A stretch of 64,000 nucleotides of DNA, from assembly GCA_035543375.1 (NCBI GenBank), contig DASZZF010000002.1:67202-131201 (forward strand). The letters run 5' to 3'. This document shows, piece by piece, positions 29,381 through 38,371 of this stretch. The notes beneath the pieces were generated by a model. The model saw only the letters and a program-made list of their open reading frames with translations, had not been told where the DNA came from and made no database searches. Both the position numbers and the translations under genes were made by a program. Position 1 is the first letter of the stretch. Every line of letters begins with the position of its first letter. This DNA comes from Candidatus Limnocylindria bacterium (GTDB taxonomy: Bacteria > Chloroflexota > Limnocylindria > P2-11E).

Positions 29381-30727
29381 CTAGGGGTTGAGCGTGACCC
29401 CCTGGCCGCCGTTGGCCGGGACATCGAGCTCGACGACCCAGCGGACGGAGTTCGCGCAAGGACACGCGCCGCCAACGCGCGCGAGGCGGGGCATCGCCTT
29501 GATCGCGTCCTTCAGCCCTACCGCGCCGTTCGCGACGCCGCGCTGCATCTCGACCCAGTGCTTCACGTCGACTGCCGCGAGATACGCCTCCGGCAGATGG
29601 TCGCGGACGTGCGTGATGTACTGCTCGACGTCGTCGAAGGTCGCGCCATCGACGCCAATCATCTGGAAGGCGAACTCGCCGCGGCGGCGGAAGAAGCCGT
29701 TGTGCGGGAGCTTCAGCAGATCGTCGTCCCAGGACAGCTTGGCCACCGTGTCACGCTCGGCCTTCACCTTCGCGTAGAGCGCATCGGCCTCGTCGCGCGA
29801 GAGCTTCGGGAACCGCGCGCGGACGTAGCGCTGGTTGATGTCGTCGAGCATCCGCTCGCACTCGGCGACGTACTCGTCCTGCGATTGCCGGTTGGTCTTG
29901 TCCTTGAGCCCCAGGCGTACGTTCGTCTCGCCACCGCGCTCGTCGCCGAACATCTCCAAACCGCGACCGAACCATTTGTTCACAGCCTTCTGGAGCGCGG
30001 GCATCGTGATCAGCGCGTTCGCTGACGCAGCCTGCTCGGCCCAGCGGCGCATCGGGATGACGCCGGTCGCTAGGTGAAAGGCCTCCTCGCGCAGCATCGG
30101 CGGCATCGACGCGGCCATCGGCTTGTATGCGTTCACCTTTTGCATCGTGAGCTGGTACTTCCCCACCCGGTCGATGAACGCCGCGAAGACGATGTTGTCC
30201 ACGAAGCTGTCGTACTCGAGGTTGAACGCCGCGAGCACGTGCGACCCGGTCTTCATGGAGAGGATCTCTTCGACCATGTCCGATGTCTTCGTGTCCATCA
30301 CCGGCGACCAGTCGGCGCTCGTGAGCAGGTGGATCATCTGGTAGCCATGGCGCAGCTCCTCGGCCATCACGCGGAGCACCCAGGCCTTGTCCTGGGGATC
30401 GCTGGCGCGGTCGATGGTGCCCTGGTGCTGCTGGATCGAGCCGAACTCGGTCGACGCCTGCGCCCGGATGATCGCAAGGAGCTGCTGCGCGGCCTCGGGG
30501 TCGAGCTCCTTCGGCTGGAGCGCCTTCGGGCGGCCCTTGCGCTGGCCGACCTCGATCTGGCCCGGCGTGTTCTGCGCGATGCGCGCGCAGAGACAGAACG
30601 CTTCGTCCTTGGGGAAGTAGGTGTCCCACTCAGCCTGGACGCGCGGGTAGTCCGGGAAGTTGTGCTTCTGCCAGTGCATGACCGCGTCGTGGTACTGGCG
30701 CGGGAGCTGGCTCTGCTGATCGGCCAC
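29381..30727 (-). CDS. ferritin-like diiron oxygenase, BoxB/PaaA-like
   Basis: Two E..H diiron motifs (RVMAEELRHGYQM, PMLREEAFHLATG). Overall colinearity with benzoyl-CoA oxygenase component B as I recall it. GTG start with GGAGGG 6 nt upstream. Confidence 0.7.
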   Translation of the reverse strand: MADQQSQLPRQYHDAVMHWQKHNFPDYPRVQAEWDTYFPKDEAFCLCARIAQNTPGQIEVGQRKGRPKALQPKELDPEAAQQLLAIIRAQASTEFGSIQQHQGTIDRASDPQDKAWVLRVMAEELRHGYQMIHLLTSADWSPVMDTKTSDMVEEILSMKTGSHVLAAFNLEYDSFVDNIVFAAFIDRVGKYQLTMQKVNAYKPMAASMPPMLREEAFHLATGVIPMRRWAEQAASANALITMPALQKAVNKWFGRGLEMFGDERGGETNVRLGLKDKTNRQSQDEYVAECERMLDDINQRYVRARFPKLSRDEADALYAKVKAERDTVAKLSWDDDLLKLPHNGFFRRRGEFAFQMIGVDGATFDDVEQYITHVRDHLPEAYLAAVDVKHWVEMQRGVANGAVGLKDAIKAMPRLARVGGACPCANSVRWVVELDVPANGGQGVTLNP

Positions 30728-30751
30728 AGCACCCTCCGGGGCGGGAAGATT

Positions 30752-30765
30752 TGACTAACTAGTCA
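30752..30765. promoter_or_regulatory. palindrome TGACTA-AC-TAGTCA, a candidate TetR operator
   Basis: Perfect 6-bp arms in an AT-rich patch. It overlaps the TetR stop and lies 25 nt upstream of the oxygenase start. Confidence 0.4.
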
Positions 30766-31482
30766 GTACGAGGAAAGTGTACCCGACCGGCTGAGCGGGT
30801 CACCACGCCGGCCGGCGAGATACCCGCGCGACGCCAGCGCCTGGAAGCTCGTCGATAGCTGCGAAACCGGCAAGCGCCCATCGGGCCGGTACCACTGATA
30901 GATCCAGAAGCACAGGCCGAGGATGCCGAAGGCCGCGACCGCTGGATCGATCTTGCGGAACGTCCCCGCGGCGGCGCCTTCCCGGTACACCCGCTCGACG
31001 GCCTTCACGATCTTCCGCTCGATCTTCGTGACCGTCTTGAGGTGCGCTGGCCCGAGGTGGCCCTTCTCCTGGAAGTACACGCTGAAGAACTCCGGCCGGT
31101 CGGCGACGAGCCGCACGAACGAGTCGACAATCTCGTTCAGCTTCGTGCCGGGCGCTCGCGCCGAGCGTGCGATCGCGGAGATGCGCTCATCCGTGACCTC
31201 GAGCGTCTGCGACGAGATCTGGAATAGGAGCTCCTCCTTGTTCTCGACGTAGTAGTAGAACGCGGCCTTCGTCAGCTCGAGCTGGTTGGCGACATCTTCG
31301 ACCGTCGTGCCGACGAAGCCGCGCTGCTGCATCAGAAGGGCGCCGGCATCGAGGATCGCCTGGCGCCGCCGGTCGGAGCGCGGCGGCGCGCCGGGCGCCC
31401 GCGGGCGCGCGCGAAGGGTCCGGCCGTCGACACGCTTCGGCGGAATGGCCACGTTCGCACGACGCCTCGGGGCTCGCGCCAC
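30763..31482 (-). CDS. TetR/AcrR family transcriptional regulator
   Basis: HTH region GFVGTTVEDVANQLELTKAAFYYYVENKEEL. Confidence 0.9.
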   Translation of the reverse strand: MARAPRRRANVAIPPKRVDGRTLRARPRAPGAPPRSDRRRQAILDAGALLMQQRGFVGTTVEDVANQLELTKAAFYYYVENKEELLFQISSQTLEVTDERISAIARSARAPGTKLNEIVDSFVRLVADRPEFFSVYFQEKGHLGPAHLKTVTKIERKIVKAVERVYREGAAAGTFRKIDPAVAAFGILGLCFWIYQWYRPDGRLPVSQLSTSFQALASRGYLAGRRGDPLSRSGTLSSY

Positions 31483-31485
31483 CGG

Positions 31486-31929
31486 CTAGAGGCGCTTCTC
31501 GAGTGCGGTGAGCGGTGCGGGCGCGAAGTCCATCGCCTTCAGGAACCCTGCGATGTCCTCGTCCCGTGCCGCGACCATCGTCCGCGCGATATGCGCGCCG
31601 CGCTCGCGGAAATGCGCGAGGAGCGCGTCGGTGAGCTTCCGGCCGAGGGAGCGGCCGCGCCAGTCGGGGTCGACGCCGAAGAACTCGATCCAGCCGGTGG
31701 GCTCGTCCAACCCGAACTCCCCGCCACGGACCTCGCCCATCATGAAACCGGCTACCTTGCCCGCGACCAGGGCGACCTGCGACGAGTCCGCGTCCCGGCG
31801 GATGTAGTAGGCGACCCGTTGCTCCCAGATCTCGGGGCGGTACTGCTTCGTGATCCGCTCGTCGATCCGCGTGATGGCATCGATGTCGAGCTCGGTGAGC
31901 GGCCGGATCCGGACGTCGTCGTCGGGCAC
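31486..31929 (-). CDS. GNAT family N-acetyltransferase
   Basis: Acetyl-CoA motif VDPDWRGRSLGRKL. 147 aa. Confidence 0.85.
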   Translation of the reverse strand: MPDDDVRIRPLTELDIDAITRIDERITKQYRPEIWEQRVAYYIRRDADSSQVALVAGKVAGFMMGEVRGGEFGLDEPTGWIEFFGVDPDWRGRSLGRKLTDALLAHFRERGAHIARTMVAARDEDIAGFLKAMDFAPAPLTALEKRL

Positions 31930-31947
31930 GACCGCAGGATAGCCGCG

Positions 31948-32823
31948 CTAGGCGTCAAGCTCCCGCCGCACGACCGCCGCGAGCGCGCGGATGAACGCGG
32001 GATCGCAGTTGGGCATCGGGACGCGGTGGTAGCGCAGCCCGGCCGCTTCCGCCTCCGCCGCGGCGGCGACGTCGAGGTCATAGAGGACCTCGAGATGGTC
32101 AGCGAGGAACTGCACCGGCGCGACGAGCACGTCGTGGTGGCCGGAACGGGCGAGGTCCGGGAAGAGCTCCTTCAGATCCGGCCGGAGCCATTCCTCCTGG
32201 GTGTGGCCAGCGCTCTGATAGGCCCAGGTCCAGTCGCCGCTGGCCAGACCGGCGGCCGCAGCGACGAGCCGTCCGGTCTCATGTAGCTGCGCAACGTAGC
32301 CCGGCTCGCCCGCGAAGACGCGCTTCGGCAGGCTGTGCGCCGTCAGCAGCACCGGGGCGCCCGGCAGGCGGGCCCGCGCCGCGCGAAGCTGCGCCGCGAG
32401 CGCCTCGACGAACGCGGGCTCGCGGTGCCAGGCACCCGCGACGGTCGCCGGACGGTCGGTCGCGCTTGCGAGCGCGTCGACGTACCCGCGCATGAGGAGC
32501 GGCGACCACTGGGGTGACATCACGACGCCGACGACGCGCTCGGCGCCGGAGAGTTCGCGCGCGCGGTCCGCGATCGTCGGGTCGGAGTAGCGCATGCCCG
32601 CGCGGACGCGGAAGGCCGGACCGAGCAGGGCCTCGAGCGCCGCGGCCTGCGCCTCGGTGATGCGAACGAGCGGCGACCCGCCGATGCGCGCGTACCGCCG
32701 GCGCATCTCCGCCAGGAGCGACTCGTCCGGCGTCCGGCCGCCGCGCACCTGGGCCAGGTACCGCGGGAGATCGGCGTGGTCACGGGGCGCGCCGTACGTC
32801 ATGAGCAGGACGCCGGTCGTCAC
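31948..32823 (-). CDS. hemH: ferrochelatase / coproporphyrin ferrochelatase
   Basis: LLMTYGAP...RYSDP...LLTAHSLP motifs. GTGA overlap with hemE. Confidence 0.9.
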   Translation of the reverse strand: MTTGVLLMTYGAPRDHADLPRYLAQVRGGRTPDESLLAEMRRRYARIGGSPLVRITEAQAAALEALLGPAFRVRAGMRYSDPTIADRARELSGAERVVGVVMSPQWSPLLMRGYVDALASATDRPATVAGAWHREPAFVEALAAQLRAARARLPGAPVLLTAHSLPKRVFAGEPGYVAQLHETGRLVAAAAGLASGDWTWAYQSAGHTQEEWLRPDLKELFPDLARSGHHDVLVAPVQFLADHLEVLYDLDVAAAAEAEAAGLRYHRVPMPNCDPAFIRALAAVVRRELDA

Positions 32824-33860
32824 GCCGGCACCGCCGCCGTTTCCTCGTGCACGAGCTCCGTGAGGCGCGCCAGGATGTCGGCCTCCGTCTCCGGCAGCAC
32901 CCCGTGACCGAGATTAAAGATATGGCCCGGGCGCCCATTCGCCCGGCGCAGCACCTCGCGGGTCGCCTCCGCCGCGACGTCGAACGGCGCAAGACAGACG
33001 CCGGGGTCGAGGTTCCCCTGGATCGCGCGATCGGGTCCGACGAGCGTCCACGCCTCGTCGAGCGGCACGCGCCAGTCCACGCTCACCGCCTCCGCGCCCG
33101 CGCGGGACATCGCTGGGAGCAACAGCGGATTCCCGGTCGCGAAGTGGATACGCGGTACCGCGAGGTCATCGAGCGCGGCGAAGATACGCGCGGTGTACGG
33201 GAGCACGCTGCACTCGTAGTCCGCGGGCGCGAGCGCGCCGGCCCAGGAGTCGAAGAGCTGCACCACGTCGACGCCGGCCGCTACCTGCGCGCGCAGGTAG
33301 CGGGTCAGCACCACTACGAGCGTCTCCATGAGGCGGGCCCAGCGCTCCGGCTCGCCGAAGAGCATCGCCTTTGTGCGCGCGAGATCGCGGCTCGGTCGCC
33401 CCTCGATGAGGTATGACGCGAGCGTGAACGGCGCGCCGGCGAAGCCGACGAGCGCCACCGCGGTCGGCAGATCGGCGCGCAGCGCGCGGATCGTTTCGAA
33501 GAGATACGGCGTCGCCTCCTCCGCGGCGATCACGCGAAGGCCGGCGACGTCCGCATCGGTACGCACTGGCGCTTCGACGATCGGGCCGAGGTCCGGCTGA
33601 ATGTGGAACGGCACGCCCATCCCGTCGAGCGGCAGCATGATGTCCGCGTAGAGCACGGCGGCATCGACGCCGAGGCGCCGCACCGGCATCGCCGTGACGC
33701 GCGCGCAGAGCTCGGGCGTGCGTGCCATCTCGAGGATCCCGTACTGCTCGCGGAGCGCCCGGTACTCCTCGAGGCACCGGCCGGCCTGGCGCATGAACCA
33801 CACCGGTGTGCGCTCGACGGCCTCGCGGCGACAGGCGCGCACCAACAGCGGCTCGGTCAC
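32820..33860 (-). CDS. hemE: uroporphyrinogen decarboxylase
   Basis: PVWFMRQAGR motif, 346 aa. Confidence 0.95.
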   Translation of the reverse strand: MTEPLLVRACRREAVERTPVWFMRQAGRCLEEYRALREQYGILEMARTPELCARVTAMPVRRLGVDAAVLYADIMLPLDGMGVPFHIQPDLGPIVEAPVRTDADVAGLRVIAAEEATPYLFETIRALRADLPTAVALVGFAGAPFTLASYLIEGRPSRDLARTKAMLFGEPERWARLMETLVVVLTRYLRAQVAAGVDVVQLFDSWAGALAPADYECSVLPYTARIFAALDDLAVPRIHFATGNPLLLPAMSRAGAEAVSVDWRVPLDEAWTLVGPDRAIQGNLDPGVCLAPFDVAAEATREVLRRANGRPGHIFNLGHGVLPETEADILARLTELVHEETAAVPA

Positions 33861-34555
33861 CCCGAGGTCCGCACGGCCGCGCCATCAATGAGGTCGAGCG
33901 CCAGGGAAATGGGCATGGCGGCACCGACGAAGATCGGCGTCTCTCGCTCGGTGTAGGCCGACGACTCCGTCTCGCGCAGGTCTGCGACGAGCGCCAGGAA
34001 GTCGCGCGGGTCGGGCGCCTCGAACGACACGACGAACTCGTGATCGTCGATGCCGAAGCTGTAGCCGGTGTGGATCCGGATGTCCGGATACTTGTGACCG
34101 ACCGCGACGTGGGCGCCCATGATCCGGGTCCGCTCCTCGAGCGGCAAGGCGTACCAGGCACGCTTCTTCGTCATCGGGTAGACGACGACGTACGGCTTGT
34201 CCCCCACCGGGCCGGCGGGCGCTTTGTGTTCGTTCGTGGCGTGGTCGTGCTCGCCCAGGTACTTCGATCTGCGTCGCGCCGCGAGATAGCCGTACGGCCG
34301 GGTGCTCCAAGTCCACAGCGAGGTCGCCGCGAGCCGGCTCTCGGCGAGGCGAAGGTCGGCGGCGTCGTCGGCGACGAGCCAGAGGAGGAGATCGGCGTCC
34401 GATCGCGTGCCGACAAGCGAGTACGCGTGTGTCACGACACCGCAGCGGGCGAGCGCGTCGGCGAACTCGCGCTTGTCGGCGGAACGCTCCTCCTCCGGGC
34501 GGCGGCGCCATTCGGGCGTCACGCTGAGCGTGAGATAACGGAATAGCTCGTTCAT
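33857..34555 (-). CDS. chdC: chlorite dismutase-family coproheme decarboxylase
   Basis: YVVVYPMTKKRAWYALPLEER...HVAVGHKY motifs. Trimmed from track ORF 33857..35155. ATGA overlap with hemL. Confidence 0.9.
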   Translation of the reverse strand: MNELFRYLTLSVTPEWRRRPEEERSADKREFADALARCGVVTHAYSLVGTRSDADLLLWLVADDAADLRLAESRLAATSLWTWSTRPYGYLAARRRSKYLGEHDHATNEHKAPAGPVGDKPYVVVYPMTKKRAWYALPLEERTRIMGAHVAVGHKYPDIRIHTGYSFGIDDHEFVVSFEAPDPRDFLALVADLRETESSAYTERETPIFVGAAMPISLALDLIDGAAVRTSG

Positions 34556-35835
34556 CGGGCGATCTCCTCGAGCGTCGCCGCGGCCGCCGCGCCGATGGCG
34601 TCGACATCCGCGTCGGTGTGGGCCAGCGAGAGGAACCAGCACTCGAGCTGTGACGGCGGCAGGAGCATGCCGAGCCCGCGCATGCCGCGGTGGAACGTGG
34701 CGAAGCGGGCCCGGTCGACGCGACCGGTGTCCCCGTCGCAGGTGACCGGACGATCGGTGAAGAAGAGGGTGAGGAGCGATCCGGTCCGTTGCACGACGGC
34801 CGGCACGTTCGCCGCGCGGGCGGCGGCCTCGAGGATCGCTTGCAGGCGCGCGCCCAGCGCCTCGAGCCGGGCATAGGCAAGCGCGTCCAGCTGCGCGAGG
34901 GTCGCGATGCCCGCAGCCATCGCGAGCGGATTGCCGGAGAGCGTGCCTGCCTGATACGCGGGCCCGAGCGGCGCCACGACCGACATGAGCGCGCGCGATC
35001 CGCCGTACGCACCGACGGGCAGGCCGCCGCCAATGACCTTGCCGAAGCACGACAGATCCGGACGCACGCCGCAGAGCTCCTGCGCGCCGCCGCGCGCGAC
35101 GCGGAAGCCGGTGATGACCTCGTCGAAGATGAGCAGTGCGCCGGTCCGGTCGCACATCGACCGCAAAGCATCGAGGAACCCCGGGGCCGGAGGGACGCAG
35201 CCCATATTGCCGGCGAACGGCTCGACGATCACGGCCGCGACGCGTTCATCGATCGCGGCTTCGCACGCGGACGGATCGTTGTACTCGACCACGATCGTGT
35301 CGGCGGCGGTCGCGCGGCTCACCCCGGCCGAGTCCGGCAGGCCGAAGGTCGCGATACCCGAACCGGCCTTCGCGAGGAGCGCATCCGAGTGCCCGTGGTA
35401 GCAGCCGGCGAACTTCACGATGCGATCACGGTGCGTCACCGCGCGGGCCACCCGGAGCGCGCTCATCGTGGCCTCGGTCCCGGACGATACGAACCGCAGC
35501 ATTTCGACGCTCGCTACCGCGCGCACGATCGTTTCAGCGAGCTCGACCTCACCGGCCGTGGGCGCCCCGAACGAGGTACCGAGCTCCGCTTGGTCCCGCA
35601 CCGCGCGCACGACCGCCGGATGCGCATGCCCGAGGATGAGCGGGCCCCACGAGCACACCAGATCGAGGTACTCGCGACCATCCTCGTCCCACACCCGGGC
35701 GCCGCTGCCGCGGGCGATGAACGGCGGCTCGCCGCCCACCGCGCGGTACGCGCGCACCGGGCTCGAGACCCCTCCGGGCATGACCGCCTCGGCGCGCTCG
35801 AGCAACGCGTGATTCGCGCTCGCGGTCACGACCAT
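34552..35835 (-). CDS. hemL: glutamate-1-semialdehyde 2,1-aminomutase
   Basis: MPGGVSSPVRA...FDEVITGFR...GKVIGGGLP motifs. Confidence 0.95.
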   Translation of the reverse strand: MVVTASANHALLERAEAVMPGGVSSPVRAYRAVGGEPPFIARGSGARVWDEDGREYLDLVCSWGPLILGHAHPAVVRAVRDQAELGTSFGAPTAGEVELAETIVRAVASVEMLRFVSSGTEATMSALRVARAVTHRDRIVKFAGCYHGHSDALLAKAGSGIATFGLPDSAGVSRATAADTIVVEYNDPSACEAAIDERVAAVIVEPFAGNMGCVPPAPGFLDALRSMCDRTGALLIFDEVITGFRVARGGAQELCGVRPDLSCFGKVIGGGLPVGAYGGSRALMSVVAPLGPAYQAGTLSGNPLAMAAGIATLAQLDALAYARLEALGARLQAILEAAARAANVPAVVQRTGSLLTLFFTDRPVTCDGDTGRVDRARFATFHRGMRGLGMLLPPSQLECWFLSLAHTDADVDAIGAAAAATLEEIAR

Positions 35836-36821
35836 CCGGCCACCTCGAGCGCGAAGTACGTGATGATGACGTCGGCGCCGGCCCGCGCGATGCCCACCAG
35901 CGATTCCATCGCCGCGCCCCTCCGGTCCATCCAGCCGCGCTCCGCCGCGGCGCAGATCGCGGCGTACTCGCCGCTCACCTGATACGCGGCGAGGGGGACG
36001 TCGAAACGCGCCCGGGCGCCGGCGATCACATCGAGGTACGGACCGGCCGGCTTCACCATGACCATGTCGGCTCCTTCTGCGATGTCGCTCGCCAGCTCCG
36101 CGAGGGCCTCGCGCGCGTTCGGCGGGTCCATCTGATAGCCGGTGCGGTCCCCGTCCTGCGGGGCGCACTGCGCGGCATCGCGGAACGGGCCGTAGTAGGC
36201 GGACGCGTACTTCGCTGAGTACGAAAGGATCGCCGTTCCTTGATGCGCGTTGCCGTCCAGGCCCGCCCGGATCGCGGCGACGCGCCCGTCCATCATGTCC
36301 GACGGCGCGACGATGTCCGCGCCGGCCTGGGCATAGGCGACCGCCGCGCTCGTGAGCAGCGGCAGCGTCGCATCGTTGTCCACTCCACCCTGTCCGTCCA
36401 GGACGCCGCAATGGCCGTGGCTCGTGTACTCGCACAGGCAGACGTCGGCGATGAGCGCCAGATCCGGCGTGGCGGCGCGCAGCCGGCGCAGCGCGTCCGG
36501 CACGGGCCCGAGCGGATCGGAGGCCGTGGTGCCGGTCTCGTCCTTCGCGTCGGGGAGGCCGAAGAGCAGCAGCCCACCGATACCGGCCGCGGCCGCGCGC
36601 TCGGCGACCCGTCCGATCTCACGGGCCGGCCAGCGCGCGTGACCGGACAGCGCGTCGATGGCCTCGGGTGCCGTGATCCGAGCGTCGACGAAAACCGGAA
36701 GGACAAGTGCCCGGGGATCGATCCGGTGCTCGCGGACGAGCGACCGCAACGCCGGCGTGCGCCGGAGGCGCCGGTGGCGTGCGAACGACAACGCGCTGCG
36801 CTCAGCGACGGACGATGGCAT
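35826..36821 (-). CDS. hemB: porphobilinogen synthase
   Basis: PVFV...APSDMMDGRV...MVKPA...YQVSGEY motifs. Confidence 0.95.
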   Translation of the reverse strand: MPSSVAERSALSFARHRRLRRTPALRSLVREHRIDPRALVLPVFVDARITAPEAIDALSGHARWPAREIGRVAERAAAAGIGGLLLFGLPDAKDETGTTASDPLGPVPDALRRLRAATPDLALIADVCLCEYTSHGHCGVLDGQGGVDNDATLPLLTSAAVAYAQAGADIVAPSDMMDGRVAAIRAGLDGNAHQGTAILSYSAKYASAYYGPFRDAAQCAPQDGDRTGYQMDPPNAREALAELASDIAEGADMVMVKPAGPYLDVIAGARARFDVPLAAYQVSGEYAAICAAAERGWMDRRGAAMESLVGIARAGADVIITYFALEVAGWS

Positions 36822-37560
36822 CACGTGCCTCCAATGCGGTGATGATGGCCGCGGCGACGGCGTCGTCGTCGGGTCGCGCCGCGACCGTGGGCTCGACGGC
36901 CAGGGCGACCCGGACCCGGGCCGCGGTGGTCGGCCCGATGGCGATGACCGCGGCGTCACCGAGCGAGAGCGCGGCCGCGAAGCCATCGACCGCCGATGGC
37001 GAGGCGAAGACGACCGCATCGGCACGCGGGAGCTCGCCGGCAACGCCGGCGAACGCGGGAACGGTCCGATACGCGGCGATCTCGCGGACCTTCGCGCCGC
37101 GGCGCCGCAGGATCTCGGCCGTCTCGTGGGCCGCTCGGTCGGCGCGCGCAAGGAGGACGATCCCTAAAGGCAGCGGCAGCTGCTCGGCAAGCGCGGCGCC
37201 GGTGGGCTCGGACGGCGCGAACGCGACGGCCAGCCCGCGGTCGCGGCAGGCCTCGGCCGTGGACAGGCCGACGACCGCGATCCGCGCGCGGCACGCGGCT
37301 CCCCCGAGCGCGTCCGCCACCGCCGTTGCGCCCGAGCGGCTGGTCAGCACGAGCGTGTCTCCGCGTGACAGCGAGCGGATCGCGTTCCGGAGCGGCGCGG
37401 GATCGGCCAGCGCCTCGATCCGCATGCACGGCGCCGCGCACGGCGCAAGCCCGAGGGACCGGAGCCGAGCCGCGAGCGAGTCGTTATCGCCGGGCGCGCG
37501 CGTGAGCAGCACGACAGCGTCACGCAACGGCGGCGACCCCGAGCTGCTCGGCGACATCAC
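36802..37560 (-). CDS. hemD: uroporphyrinogen-III synthase
   Basis: HemD-like fold repeats (VLLTR..., VFASPSAV). The position between hemC and hemB supports the call. The start is uncertain because the ORF overlaps hemC by 41 nt. Confidence 0.8.
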   Translation of the reverse strand: MMSPSSSGSPPLRDAVVLLTRAPGDNDSLAARLRSLGLAPCAAPCMRIEALADPAPLRNAIRSLSRGDTLVLTSRSGATAVADALGGAACRARIAVVGLSTAEACRDRGLAVAFAPSEPTGAALAEQLPLPLGIVLLARADRAAHETAEILRRRGAKVREIAAYRTVPAFAGVAGELPRADAVVFASPSAVDGFAAALSLGDAAVIAIGPTTAARVRVALAVEPTVAARPDDDAVAAAIITALEARDAIVRR

Positions 37561-38371
37561 GGGCCAGGGCGAACGGGTCGGTCCCGCGCCCTCGGGCGAG
37601 CCGGCCGTCGAACGCCGCCTCGAGCGTGATGCCCGGCCCGTCTGCGGTCGCGAGCGCGCCGAGGGCGAGGTCGCACCGTGCGCCGAGCAACCGAAGCAGC
37701 TCGCGCTCCGCGTCGGTCGCGCGCCGCGTCGGAACGTGATCGAGCTTCGCGAGCCGGTCGCGGGTCGCGACGTCGCCGGCGCGGCACTGCAAGGCGATCG
37801 CGCCCTGACCGGGGGCCGGCAGCATCACCGCCGTTGGAAGGATCTCGCTCTCGGCGACGGCGATCCCGAGCCGCTTCAACCCGGCGAGCGCGAGCACGGT
37901 GGCGTCGAACTCGCCGCGGGCGACCTTTGCGAGCCGCGTCTCCACGTTCCCCCGGATCGGGAGCGTCGCGATATCGGGCCGGAGCGCCCGAAGCGTCGCA
38001 TCGCGTCGCGGGCTGGAGGTGCCGACCCGGGCGTTCGCCACGAGCGTCGGCAGGCCGCCGCGCGCCGTGGTCACCAGCACGTCGCGCGGATCCTCGCGCG
38101 CGAGTACGGCCCCCACGACCAGGCCCGCCCGCTCGCCGGTGGGTACATCCTTCAACGAGTGCACCGCGACATCAATCTCGCCCTTCCGGAGCGCATCTTC
38201 GAGTGCGCCGACGAAGATCCCGTCGCCGAGCTCATGCAGCGGCCGCGACGACGCGTCTCCGGTCGTGCCCACGACCCTCGTATCGACGGCGCCGCCGAGC
38301 GCACCCGCGGCAAGGGCGGCCTGCGCCAGGGCGAGGGCGCTGCCCCGGGTGCCCAGGACGAGCGCGGTCAT
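37520..38371 (-). CDS. hemC: hydroxymethylbilane synthase
   Basis: LGTRGSALAL...VHSLKDVP motifs. ATGA overlap with hemA. Confidence 0.9.
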   Translation of the reverse strand: MTALVLGTRGSALALAQAALAAGALGGAVDTRVVGTTGDASSRPLHELGDGIFVGALEDALRKGEIDVAVHSLKDVPTGERAGLVVGAVLAREDPRDVLVTTARGGLPTLVANARVGTSSPRRDATLRALRPDIATLPIRGNVETRLAKVARGEFDATVLALAGLKRLGIAVAESEILPTAVMLPAPGQGAIALQCRAGDVATRDRLAKLDHVPTRRATDAERELLRLLGARCDLALGALATADGPGITLEAAFDGRLARGRGTDPFALARDVAEQLGVAAVA

